Virus record (IMG/VR): IMGVR_UViG_3300049927_000072
Location: 11,885-75,884 of that record
From: a virus
Direction: 5' to 3' (one strand)
DNA: 64,000 nt
The notes beneath the pieces are model-generated. The model saw only the letters and a program-made list of their open reading frames with translations. It ran no database searches and was not told the origin of the DNA. A program made the position numbers and the translations under genes. Positions 17,784-26,059 of this stretch are shown here, one piece after another; positions within the stretch are counted from its first letter, which is position 1, and every line of letters begins with the position of its first letter.

Positions 17784-19147
17784 TGTCAGAGACCATGACC
17801 CGCCGCCCTGATCTGTACCAAGTTCGCGCGCGTGAGATCGCGATAGAGAAAGGTCTCGACCCCGATGCGCGCGTCGGTGACGGGCGCGGCGCTCCGCAGT
17901 GGTGCTCATTCCGGCAAGCCGCTCGCGACGAGCACAGCGCACGCGAAGCGAAAGCAGCATCCGGGCAAATCGCAGCGATGCCCGCGTATCAAGCGCCTGA
18001 ATACACGAACGCACCGTTGGCGATCTTCGGTGAGGACCACGACGAGAACACGATCCTGCAAATGAAGAATTGCATGTCAGTCGGCAATGTGGTCGGCGGG
18101 GTGATTTGCGCCGACGGTCATCTTGGCTACGCGCAGCCGGTCGGCGGAGTGATCGCCTATGATAAGCAAATCAGCATCTCAGGCGTCGGCTTCGATATCG
18201 GCTGCGGTAACATGGCCGTGAGGCTTGCCAGAAATTTCTTCGATATATCCAACGATGAAATTGGGATGTTTGCGCGCGATATCGCCAGCGAGATTTCGTT
18301 CGGTGTCGGCCGCATCAACGAAACGAAAGTTGAGCATGAATTGTTCGACGATGTTGAGGCGTGGCGCGCGAGTGGCATGGAAGACTACAAACCGAAAGCA
18401 CGGGCGCAACTCGGCACGGTTGGTTCAGGCAATCACTACGTGGACTTGATGCGCGACGAGCTAGGCTTTGTCTGGATCGGCGTGCACTTCGGATCACGCG
18501 GTCTCGGCCACACGAGTGCAACAAAATATCTCAAAGCGGCTGGCGGCAAAGATGGGATGCACGTGCCGCCCGCCGTGGTCGACGAGAGCAGTGAGATCGG
18601 CGTGCGGTACCTTGCGGCGATGGAACTTGCCGGGCGCTACGCTTATGCCGGGCGCGAGTGGGTCGTAGAACACGTGCGACAGATTGTCGGCGGCGAAGTT
18701 CTCGACAGCGTGCACAATCATCACAACTACGCGTGGAGGGAATTGCACAACGGGCGCGAGCTTTGGGTCGTACGCAAAGGCGCAACGCCAGCATTTCCGG
18801 GACAGCGAGGATTTGTCGGTGGCAGCATGGGCGACGATGCTGTGATTATTGAAGGCGTCGAAAGCGATTGGTCACGTCGTGCGCTTTTCTCGACAGTGCA
18901 CGGTGCGGGCCGTTTGTTCGGCCGCAAGGAAGCCAAGCGACGTTTCACTAAAGATGAAATGGATGGATGGCTACAGCGGCGCGGCGTGACGTTGGTTGGT
19001 GCTGATCTCGATGAAAGCCCGATGGCATATCGCCGCCTACCAGAAGTGCTCGCCGAACATTTAGATACGATCATCGTACGTCATGTGCTGCGGCCGTTCG
19101 CGGTCGTCATGGCGGGGGAAGGCGAGTTCGATCCATTTAAGGATTGA
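17783..19147 (+). CDS. rtcB: RtcB-family RNA ligase (tRNA repair)
   Basis: DGHLGYAQPVGGV, VGFDIGCG, LGTVGSGNHY, HFGSRGLG, HNHHNYA, VRKGATPA, STVHGAGR, DESPMAYR. Confidence 0.95.
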   Translation: MSETMTRRPDLYQVRAREIAIEKGLDPDARVGDGRGAPQWCSFRQAARDEHSAREAKAASGQIAAMPAYQAPEYTNAPLAIFGEDHDENTILQMKNCMSVGNVVGGVICADGHLGYAQPVGGVIAYDKQISISGVGFDIGCGNMAVRLARNFFDISNDEIGMFARDIASEISFGVGRINETKVEHELFDDVEAWRASGMEDYKPKARAQLGTVGSGNHYVDLMRDELGFVWIGVHFGSRGLGHTSATKYLKAAGGKDGMHVPPAVVDESSEIGVRYLAAMELAGRYAYAGREWVVEHVRQIVGGEVLDSVHNHHNYAWRELHNGRELWVVRKGATPAFPGQRGFVGGSMGDDAVIIEGVESDWSRRALFSTVHGAGRLFGRKEAKRRFTKDEMDGWLQRRGVTLVGADLDESPMAYRRLPEVLAEHLDTIIVRHVLRPFAVVMAGEGEFDPFKD

Positions 19148-19228
19148 TTAACTCTGGCCGCAAGTTTGGCTTGATCGAACCTGCGGCTTTGCTATGGTCA
19201 CGGTGCAAATAAAAACGGGAGACACAGA

Positions 19229-19411
19229 ATGCAGATTGATAACGCACGACAGGATCGAGCGGCGGAAGCTCAGACCGCTGCCCGCTCACAAGCCTACCGT
19301 AACGCCTTCGAATGGAAAAAGCGCGCGATCCGTGCGCAGCGCGAAGGTGACCTCGAATTGGGTGCACGGCTCAATGCACAGGTCAAACTTGAGATCGGCA
19401 AGTATCAATAA
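19229..19411 (+). CDS. hypothetical protein
   Basis: TTGATC...TATGGT promoter and GGGAG RBS upstream; terminator downstream. Confidence 0.55.
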   Translation: MQIDNARQDRAAEAQTAARSQAYRNAFEWKKRAIRAQREGDLELGARLNAQVKLEIGKYQ

Positions 19412-19420
19412 CAGGGAAAC

Positions 19421-19449
19421 CGCCCGGGGCAACCCGGGCGGCTTTGTTT
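19421..19449 (+). terminator. intrinsic terminator
   Basis: CCGCCCGGG-GCAA-CCCGGGCGG followed by CTTTGTTT. Confidence 0.65.
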
Positions 19450-19782
19450 ATGACGAAACCGAAGAAACCCCCAATGTGCAAGATAAATCATTCAGACCCG
19501 GATAGCATTCCTGCGTTCCTTTGCTTGGCGTGCAATCCGCGCGAGCCTGACAGGAAATTTATTGCCGAAGCGACCGAGCGCGTCGAAAGCGATGCACGAC
19601 TTCAGCTAGACACAGCGCGGCGCAGGGTGCACAAACTGCGCTCGCAAGTAGGAAGCCTTGAGCGGCATATAAAAGGCGCGAGCGATCCGAAGAGCCGCGC
19701 CATCTCTGACAATGCAATCGATGGAAAGAGAAAGCGACTTGCAGAAGCCGAAGCGGCGCTCGCGGAGCTTGAGGCAACATGA
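19450..19782 (+). CDS. hypothetical coiled-coil protein
   Basis: N-terminal C..NH...C..C then heptad repeats. Confidence 0.55.
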   Translation: MTKPKKPPMCKINHSDPDSIPAFLCLACNPREPDRKFIAEATERVESDARLQLDTARRRVHKLRSQVGSLERHIKGASDPKSRAISDNAIDGKRKRLAEAEAALAELEAT

Positions 19783-20138
19783 GCAGGAAACAATACAGCG
19801 AGCGCGACGCGGCATGGGGTCAATACGCCGCGGGCGACGAGGGCAAGAACGCACGGGACGCGTTCAATGCCGGATGGCGTGCGCGCAAGCAAGTTGATTA
19901 TAGGCAGTTCGCAGTAGGGCCGCGGCATCTGTCGCCAATCGAGAAGATCGCAGCCGAGATTGCAATCGCGGTGCCTGAGAAGCGCGGCATGTGGTCCGCA
20001 TCGGCGCGCGTGCACTGGGTTTTTATCGAGGCGCTGCGCGAGAAGTTTTCGAAGCTCGGCTACGACTGGCGCGAAGGGCGGCGCGAATACCTCAGATTGA
20101 AAGCAGACAGCAACGCGCCAGTATGGGGCAACAAATGA
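19779..20138 (+). CDS. hypothetical protein
   Basis: coupled ORF. Confidence 0.55.
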   Translation: MSRKQYSERDAAWGQYAAGDEGKNARDAFNAGWRARKQVDYRQFAVGPRHLSPIEKIAAEIAIAVPEKRGMWSASARVHWVFIEALREKFSKLGYDWREGRREYLRLKADSNAPVWGNK

Positions 20139-20392
20139 CAAAATTTGTAGATTTTGTTTTCGAGAGCAATGAGCATAATTCGGAGCTTACTTTTATCGAA
20201 GTTGAAAACGATGCAGGTAAAAGTATCGCTCTCGGAGAATGGGTACAGCGGCCCGATGGCTACGTGGTGTTGCGCGTCCCGCTTCCGATAGAGATCGCAA
20301 GCCCGCTCCCGGCGCTGATCTATAAAGGATCGGCCGCGCCAAAACTTCTTCCCGAGCAATTCAAGGAAGACGATCCGAAATGGACGATCTAA
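20135..20392 (+). CDS. hypothetical protein
   Basis: FIEVENDAGKSI..GEWVQRPDGY motif. Confidence 0.55.
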   Translation: MTKFVDFVFESNEHNSELTFIEVENDAGKSIALGEWVQRPDGYVVLRVPLPIEIASPLPALIYKGSAAPKLLPEQFKEDDPKWTI

Positions 20393-20631
20393 AACGGATA
20401 AAGTTGCTTTCTTTTAGCTTGCACCGCTGGTACCGCAGTGAGCTACGGTTGAACCGCGCTATCCAACTGCGTGACCGTGAGCTAGATCGTGTTCGGCTTG
20501 AGCGTCACACGTGCCGATGGGTTGACAGGGTCACAGCTTTAACCGTACCGGCAAAATCGGCTTGAATTAAATTTCTGAAGCTGCCAAATGTCTCGTGTAA
20601 CTTCATCATTGTAAAAAGGATACACTCGGAC

Positions 20632-21399
20632 ATGATTAAACTAGCGAAGCTCGCGACGGTGTCGGCTCTGGCGATCAGTCTCGCCTTGCCAGCATACGCC
20701 GCGCCCCCGTCGGGTAGTAACGCCGGGGGAAACTCCGGCAGTAACTCAAATGCCGGTGGATCGAACGCTGGCGGCAATTCTGGTAGCAACGGCACGCCTC
20801 CCGGGCAGGGCGGCGGATCACCGAGCAACTCCGGCAGCAACATCGGCAACGTCGGAAATACAGGCAACGGAAATTCCGGCAACGGAATTGGAAACACCGG
20901 CCCGGGCAATCCCGGCCAAGGGAGCGGCGGCACGCAAGGCAACGCTGGCGGCAGTCCCGGCGGTGGCGGTGGCGGTGGCGGTGGCGGTGGGGGTGGCGGT
21001 GGCGGCGGTGGTGGCGGTCACGGACATGGCCATCACCCGCACGGCAAGCCAGCGGCGACCAATCATTCATCCGGTGGCCGTAGCGGCGGACACGGCTCAG
21101 CGGCGGCGGCCTACGTCGGCGCGGCAGTCGGGTGTTCGGCTGTATTTCTGATCGCGGGCGGGGCCGTCAAGGCCGCGCGCGAGAATAAAGAGCTTTCATT
21201 CGAGGAAGCCTATTCTATCGTCGGAAATTGCTTTCTGCCATTCTTAGGCGGGATGGCAATGGCAAAGCTCGGCCGCGATACCGACAAAGCGGTCTGCAAA
21301 AACCCTCACATGCTCGACAGCTATTTCCCTGAAACGGCTGGCGAGGTTCGGGCGCGTTTCGTCCGGCAGCATTGCAAGGGAACGCAACTAGCTCAGTAA
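20632..21399 (+). CDS. secreted Gly/Asn-rich protein (moron-like)
   Basis: signal peptide ending AYA; NAGGNSGSN repeats, poly-Gly, His-rich linker, C-terminal hydrophobic domain; own terminator. Confidence 0.7.
   Translation: MIKLAKLATVSALAISLALPAYAAPPSGSNAGGNSGSNSNAGGSNAGGNSGSNGTPPGQGGGSPSNSGSNIGNVGNTGNGNSGNGIGNTGPGNPGQGSGGTQGNAGGSPGGGGGGGGGGGGGGGGGGGGHGHGHHPHGKPAATNHSSGGRSGGHGSAAAAYVGAAVGCSAVFLIAGGAVKAARENKELSFEEAYSIVGNCFLPFLGGMAMAKLGRDTDKAVCKNPHMLDSYFPETAGEVRARFVRQHCKGTQLAQ
20958..21017 (+). repeat. GGY codon run encoding ~20 Gly
   Basis: GGCGGTGGCGGT... repeats within the CDS. Confidence 0.8.
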
Positions 21400-21416
21400 A
21401 CCAGCGGGGCGTGACG

Positions 21417-21453
21417 AAGCCCGGGGCATGAGCGTGCCCCGGGCTTTTGCTTT
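21417..21453 (+). terminator. intrinsic terminator
   Basis: AAGCCCGGGGCATG/CGTGCCCCGGGCTT followed by TTGCTTT. Confidence 0.7.
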
Positions 21454-21454
21454 G

Positions 21455-21470
21455 TTAACTCGGCATTAAC
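21455..21470. promoter_or_regulatory. perfect CtrA box TTAA-N7-TTAAC
   Basis: TTAACTCGGCATTAAC in an intergenic position. Confidence 0.55.
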
Positions 21471-21832
21471 CGCGCGGCCAGTTTGGGCTTTGCGGCCCGG
21501 CTGGCCGGGGGTAGTATCTCCGTCATGAACATTCTCAAGGTTTTCGCAGCCCTCTACGTGATCCAAGCCGCGACAGGCTTCGCGGTCGGCTTCACTATCC
21601 CGTGGCTGCACTTTTTCGGAGTGCTGTGACATGACGTGCCTCATAGTGCTCGCAGGTCTCATAATCGCGACGGCGCTCGTGCCATCTCTGCAACAGAAAG
21701 TGCTCTAATGCGCGTCGTTTTATGTGCAGCCTTGCTACTTGTTTTCGAGGCTGCTAGTGCTGGCATCGTCGCCGACTTTGTCGGCCATCACATCACGCTC
21801 CCGCCGCTCGAAAAAGTCTTGAGGGCATTGCA

Positions 21833-22030
21833 ATGAAATACCGAGTAGTTTACGGCGAGACGATGCCAAGTTGGGAGCGGACATTTCCGACAATGCGCGA
21901 AGCCACGGCGTTCGCCAAAAAGCACCGGAACTTCGGTGACCGGATTTTCAGCATCGCAAAAGTGGTCCCCGGCGAACCGCCAAGGTCGATAACGGCGGCA
22001 TTGGAATTGGACAGGCTCGACCAAACATGA
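21833..22030 (+). CDS. hypothetical protein
   Basis: GAGGG RBS. Confidence 0.5.
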   Translation: MKYRVVYGETMPSWERTFPTMREATAFAKKHRNFGDRIFSIAKVVPGEPPRSITAALELDRLDQT

Positions 22031-22175
22031 ACACGTTTGATAATAATCCAGAAGAGCAGCGGCGTCGAAATATGGTACTCGCCTCGCAGCGCAGGCTCCC
22101 ACGTGTGCGCGAGCGTGCGTATGCAGAGGCGCTGTTCTACATTGCTGCGCCGCTTATTGTGCTCGCCATCTGCGC

Positions 22176-22577
22176 GTGGTTCCTGTGAACCAAAATACAG
22201 GTTGGCCGACTTTCGATGACCTCTTGAGGGACATCCGTCTCCGGCGGATAATTCTGGCACAAGAACGACAAAGTCGGGGGCGTGCCGTGAAACATTTTCA
22301 ATTCCAAATAGCGTCAGAGATCGCAAGCACGAAAGTGCCGGGCGGTTGGACGAAAGCCGATCTCGCGCAGGTCGTGCTTGTGCACATGCGTGCGTTCTCA
22401 CCAGAGCAAACCGAGCGCTCGCTGCGCAAGCACGCGGGTTGGCGCACGGTCGCAAATATAAAGCCAGAGCAATACGGCACATGCATTGCGCATCTTTGCT
22501 ACGAGATGACGCGACGCCCGCATCTCATGACGCAACCCCTCTTACCGAAAAAAGGAACCGATGACAATCTCACATAA
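22176..22577 (+). CDS. protein with a helical domain similar to 2879..3349
   Basis: TKADLAQ...EQTERSLRKHAGWRTVANIKPEQY; start uncertain. Confidence 0.45.
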   Translation: MVPVNQNTGWPTFDDLLRDIRLRRIILAQERQSRGRAVKHFQFQIASEIASTKVPGGWTKADLAQVVLVHMRAFSPEQTERSLRKHAGWRTVANIKPEQYGTCIAHLCYEMTRRPHLMTQPLLPKKGTDDNLT

Positions 22578-23010
22578 CGATATGCTGCTCGCGCTCGCGG
22601 GCGAGCCGAAAGCAGAGGAAGCGATTTTCTGGTTTGCGTTCGCATGGCACAGCGGAAAAGGCTCCGACCTCTATCGCATCTTATGTGAAAGTCCGTACGT
22701 GGCTACACTTGACCGCAAGTGGCACGAAGACCCGGACATCGTGCGAATGTTCGAAGTGCTTGAGAAACATTTCAAGCCAGCAATTGAGGCGGCGTATCGA
22801 CCAGTTCAATTGCACGAAGTTGAGGACGGCGATATTCTAATCGCTGGCACTAGCTTCCTGTGCATCCCGAACCGATGGCCGTGCCGCGTGTTCAAAAATG
22901 AGGGTGAACTTGTCGTCATGTGCCGCGGCAAACATGAGGATGAAAAGTGGGCGGGCGTCCACACGCTGCGCGCCGACGGCGATGGCAACGTAATTGGCTT
23001 TCGACGCTAA
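22561..23010 (+). CDS. hypothetical protein
   Basis: EEAIFWFA..WHSGKGSDLY..L..SPY motif; AAGGA RBS. Confidence 0.6.
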   Translation: MTISHNDMLLALAGEPKAEEAIFWFAFAWHSGKGSDLYRILCESPYVATLDRKWHEDPDIVRMFEVLEKHFKPAIEAAYRPVQLHEVEDGDILIAGTSFLCIPNRWPCRVFKNEGELVVMCRGKHEDEKWAGVHTLRADGDGNVIGFRR

Positions 23011-23020
23011 AGGGCCGCAC

Positions 23021-23194
23021 ATGGGCTACGTTTTGATAACACGCAATCCATCGAATAAAAAGCTTGTCGCTATTGTCGATAATGACGGCGACGCTATTGC
23101 CGAGTTCAGTACCGAAGATGCCGCCACTGAAGCCGCGCACAACACCACACTTTGCAAGGCGTGGGGTTATGAGATAATTCACGTCGACGCTTGA
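23021..23194 (+). CDS. hypothetical protein
   Basis: start MGYVLI. Confidence 0.45.
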   Translation: MGYVLITRNPSNKKLVAIVDNDGDAIAEFSTEDAATEAAHNTTLCKAWGYEIIHVDA

Positions 23195-23504
23195 TGCGCC
23201 AACAACGGCAGGGAGATTGATATGGAAACAGCTGTGACACCAGCCGAGGCATTGAGGCTGCTTTTAGATCATGTCGATTACACGAAAGATGCGTGTAGTC
23301 TTACGGAAAAGGTCGGCGCTGTTTTGCCGCCAGAGGTTATAAAAATCTGTCACGAAGCATTGTCCGCCGCACTGTGAGGAACAGATGGAAAATTGTGGTC
23401 CGCTAACTTGGTGTCTTCTTTGGCAACTTATTGTGGGGTTTTTATTCTGGCCGACTGTGTTCGCGATAATGGCCGGGATAGCGCGGCTCTTTTACGGTAA
23501 ATGG

Positions 23505-23545
23505 CCGGTTGCGAGTTTTCTGAAACGGCGATAAACACGGCGGCT
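23505..23545 (+). promoter_or_regulatory. late promoter motif CCGGTTGC-N19-TAAAC
   Basis: CCGGTTGC...GAAACGGCGATAAACACGGCGGCT, nearly identical to the copy at 25110. Confidence 0.7.
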
Positions 23546-23568
23546 CAATTCGGGGGGGGGAGACCGCC

Positions 23569-23805
23569 ATGGGTGTATTAAAAGCCAAGTCGCGCAACGC
23601 GCTGCCGTCGAAAGATTTCGGCCTGCCGGATACGCGCCAGTATCCAATTGAGAATAAGGCTCACGCGCGCGATGCACTGGCCCGGGACAGTGAAGAGCTT
23701 GCCAAGGGCAAATTGACCCCGGCACAGGCGGCTCAAATCAGGCACCGGGCCGACGTAGTGCTCGGCGAGACTGACAGCAACTACCACAATCACAGCAAGA
23801 AATAA
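23569..23805 (+). CDS. DUF6582-like capsid-associated small protein
   Basis: RNALPSKDFGLPDTRQYPIENKAHARDALAR. Confidence 0.7.
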   Translation: MGVLKAKSRNALPSKDFGLPDTRQYPIENKAHARDALARDSEELAKGKLTPAQAAQIRHRADVVLGETDSNYHNHSKK

Positions 23806-23833
23806 TTAACTTTTACTGTGGTAGGTTCAGGCC

Positions 23834-24058
23834 ATGAAAGATGCACAGGGACACGGCAGCGATAGCACTGGCAACCTCGCCCAGACAGGGCGCGGCCCGG
23901 CGGCTCATTCGTCGTTTCTGATCCAGAAATTAAACCCGGCGCTCGTGGGCAACCCGTGGCAGACGGTCGCGCGCATGAAAAACCAAGCGACGGCCGAGCG
24001 TGTCGCGCAGCACATGCGAACCGATGACCGCAGTATAACGAATAGGGTGAGACGATGA
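23834..24058 (+). CDS. MKDAQGHGS-leader protein 1
   Basis: shared leader plus unique cargo. Confidence 0.75.
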   Translation: MKDAQGHGSDSTGNLAQTGRGPAAHSSFLIQKLNPALVGNPWQTVARMKNQATAERVAQHMRTDDRSITNRVRR

Positions 24059-24297
24059 AAGACGCACAGGGACACGGCAGCGAAGGCTCCGGCGCTGCGC
24101 ATCAACGCGGCGTCGAGAAAGCATCGGCCACGATGACGCGCCAGCATTTCGAGATGATCGCGAGTACGCTCGCGAGCAGTGGAGCGAGTGCGGAGATTGT
24201 TAAAAATTTCGCTGACAAACTCGCGGCGACAAATCCGCGATTTGATGCGGCTAGGTTCACCGCTGCGGCATCGAAAAGCTCCGGAGCAAAGAAATGA
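24055..24297 (+). CDS. MKDAQGHGS-leader protein 2 (cargo paralogous to 10298..10519)
   Basis: leader + MTRQHFEMIA...FADKLAATNPRFDAARF. Confidence 0.8.
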   Translation: MKDAQGHGSEGSGAAHQRGVEKASATMTRQHFEMIASTLASSGASAEIVKNFADKLAATNPRFDAARFTAAASKSSGAKK

Positions 24298-24545
24298 AAG
24301 ACGCACAAGGACACGGCAGCGACGGCAGCGGTAGCTTTATGCCGAAGTCTATCAGCGATGCTCGCGCGGCAGCGGCGCTCGCGCAAAATCATCCGAAGTC
24401 CGACACTAGCCCCGTCACCGGACGACTTCCGGGTTCCGGAATTGGCATGAGCGCGAATGCGAGCTTCTCGGCTCCGGCGCGTGGTATGAGTTTCTCCGGC
24501 AACACCGCAGCGATGCTCATGCGTCAGAAGATGACAGGGCGATGA
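24294..24545 (+). CDS. MKDAQGHGS-leader protein 3
   Basis: shared leader, ATGA coupling. Confidence 0.75.
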   Translation: MKDAQGHGSDGSGSFMPKSISDARAAAALAQNHPKSDTSPVTGRLPGSGIGMSANASFSAPARGMSFSGNTAAMLMRQKMTGR

Positions 24546-24895
24546 AAGACGAACGCGGGCACGGTAGCGATGCGCGCGGGGATATGGCTCGTCAAAATCC
24601 GACAGTCGTTTCTATTTCTGCCATACGCCCGTCTCAAGAAAATCTAGCTTGGATTGCAAAAGGATTAGCCGCCGCCGTTGAGGGTGCTAAGGCTGCACAG
24701 GCTGCGTACGGTGGAAAACTTGTTCCGATAGAAACAGGCGTGGATATGTACCGTCAACAAATTCGGTCTGGCGCGTATATTGCCCCGCTCAGCGTTGACA
24801 CGAAAATGAACTTGATCGACGGGCATACTCGGCTATTAGCCTACAAGGCCGAAGGAATTGCAAAAGTGCCGGTACAAGTCGTTCGAGGGAAATAG
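24542..24895 (+). CDS. MKDERGHGS-leader protein 4 with ParB/Srx domain
   Basis: ISAIRPSQ...PLSVD...LIDGHTRLLAYKAEG..KVPV. Confidence 0.8.
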   Translation: MKDERGHGSDARGDMARQNPTVVSISAIRPSQENLAWIAKGLAAAVEGAKAAQAAYGGKLVPIETGVDMYRQQIRSGAYIAPLSVDTKMNLIDGHTRLLAYKAEGIAKVPVQVVRGK

Positions 24896-24898
24896 GTC

Positions 24899-25102
24899 AT
24901 GGCAAAAAGCAAAGGCGGGGCAAACGCAAAGTTTGGTCTCAAGAGCGGCAAAGGTGCACCGAGTTCAACCGTGCAAGTGAAGCCGACATATCAGCACGAT
25001 GTAGTCGAGTGGCTGAAGCAGGAAGCGGATCGCAACGCGCTCGCGGTCAAACTCGGTCGCACAAAGACGAAAAGCAAATTCGCTCCGAAGTCTTCCCTAT
25101 AA
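24899..25102 (+). CDS. small basic protein
   Basis: Lys-rich; directly follows the leader array. Confidence 0.55.
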   Translation: MAKSKGGANAKFGLKSGKGAPSSTVQVKPTYQHDVVEWLKQEADRNALAVKLGRTKTKSKFAPKSSL

Positions 25103-25109
25103 TAAATTG

Positions 25110-25150
25110 CCGGTTGCGGCAATATTGAAACGGCGATAAACACGGCGGCT
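25110..25150 (+). promoter_or_regulatory. late promoter motif
   Basis: CCGGTTGCGG...GAAACGGCGATAAACACGGCGGCT. Confidence 0.7.
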
Positions 25151-25168
25151 TAAATCGGGGGACCGCTC

Positions 25169-25456
25169 ATGAATATCGCACGTTCCGGCGCGCCCAAAGC
25201 GCCGCAGACCGAATTTGCTCCGCGCGACACCATGAAAGACATGACCGAGTATTCGGCCGGTCCGGCGACGCCCGGCTCTGGCCCGGATGCGTCGGCCGCA
25301 AATCCGCTTGAGAGTGAACCTCGCGGGAAGCTTCTGACCAAACAGCCCGGCGCTGTTGGCGCTGCATGGGATATGACGGACGGAGACGGCGACGGCGTCG
25401 ATCCGACTATTGGTGGTGACGTGCTCAAGGAAGGCAAGCTGACAGGACGGCCATAA
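25169..25456 (+). CDS. small disordered late protein
   Basis: GGGGGA RBS; Pro/Gly/Asp-rich. Confidence 0.6.
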   Translation: MNIARSGAPKAPQTEFAPRDTMKDMTEYSAGPATPGSGPDASAANPLESEPRGKLLTKQPGAVGAAWDMTDGDGDGVDPTIGGDVLKEGKLTGRP

Positions 25457-25457
25457 G

Positions 25458-25703
25458 ATGAAAGACGAGCGGGGCCACGGGTCAGACAGTCAAGGGGGCG
25501 CGGGCATATCGCATCAAAGCGCAGTGCAGCGGATCGGTGCAACACTCGGAGCGTTCGCAAAAGATGAAAGCGGTTCCGGCAAAACAGTCGGAGAAGCAGC
25601 CTTCGAGAAAATGCACGACCCGGCGATGATCGCTAACTTAGTCGCCGAACTTGGGTCGCCAGAATTGGCGACCGTTGCGCATCTCGCGCACCTTTTGATT
25701 TAA
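25458..25703 (+). CDS. MKDERGHGS-leader protein 5
   Basis: leader MKDERGHGSDSQG. Confidence 0.75.
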   Translation: MKDERGHGSDSQGGAGISHQSAVQRIGATLGAFAKDESGSGKTVGEAAFEKMHDPAMIANLVAELGSPELATVAHLAHLLI

Positions 25704-25710
25704 CGGGGAG

Positions 25711-25941
25711 ATGAACATGGCGACGAACGTTTACGGATCAGACATGCCAGCCGACAATTGCTACGGCGAGAATGGCTACACCGGCCAGTCGAGCGTAGTG
25801 CCCGGCCAGCCCGCGGTTAGCTGCGATCTCGAAGCGAGCAAAGGGCTCGGCTCCGTTCCCGCCATCTCGCAGACCCGCCAAGTAAGCGCAAAGCCGCTCG
25901 CGACCCGCGTTGGACGCGGCGCGTCGGCTCAGTGGAAATAA
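25711..25941 (+). CDS. small late protein
   Basis: GGGGAG RBS; YGENGYTGQSS motif. Confidence 0.6.
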   Translation: MNMATNVYGSDMPADNCYGENGYTGQSSVVPGQPAVSCDLEASKGLGSVPAISQTRQVSAKPLATRVGRGASAQWK

Positions 25942-25993
25942 TCAGCCTGTAGGTTGATTTCGAAAATGCAAAATCAGCCCGCAGGCTGATTTT
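25940..25993. promoter_or_regulatory. two palindromic operator-like sites before terS
   Basis: AATCAGCCT-GT-AGGTTGATT and AAAATCAGCC-CGCA-GGCTGATTTT, 32 bp apart. Confidence 0.55.
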
Positions 25994-26059
25994 GTCCGTC
26001 ACCGAGCGCATGGGCGCTCACACTCGGCATGGGCCGGTGCGACAAAAAGGAATACCGGC

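Noticed and set aside
20958-21017. GGC/GGT run as a phase-variable microsatellite
   Set aside because: In-frame triplets with mixed codons; simply encodes poly-Gly.
23834-24570. 29-bp repeats (ATGAAAGAYGCACARGGACACGGCAGCGA) as a CRISPR array or attC-like cassette sites
   Set aside because: Repeats are 221-248 bp apart, coincide with start codons, vary synonymously and are not palindromic; no cas or integrase gene is present.
24542-24895. ParB as evidence of a plasmid-prophage partition system
   Set aside because: Only the N-terminal ParB/Srx domain is present, with no HTH or ParA, and it sits in the leader-tagged late cassette.
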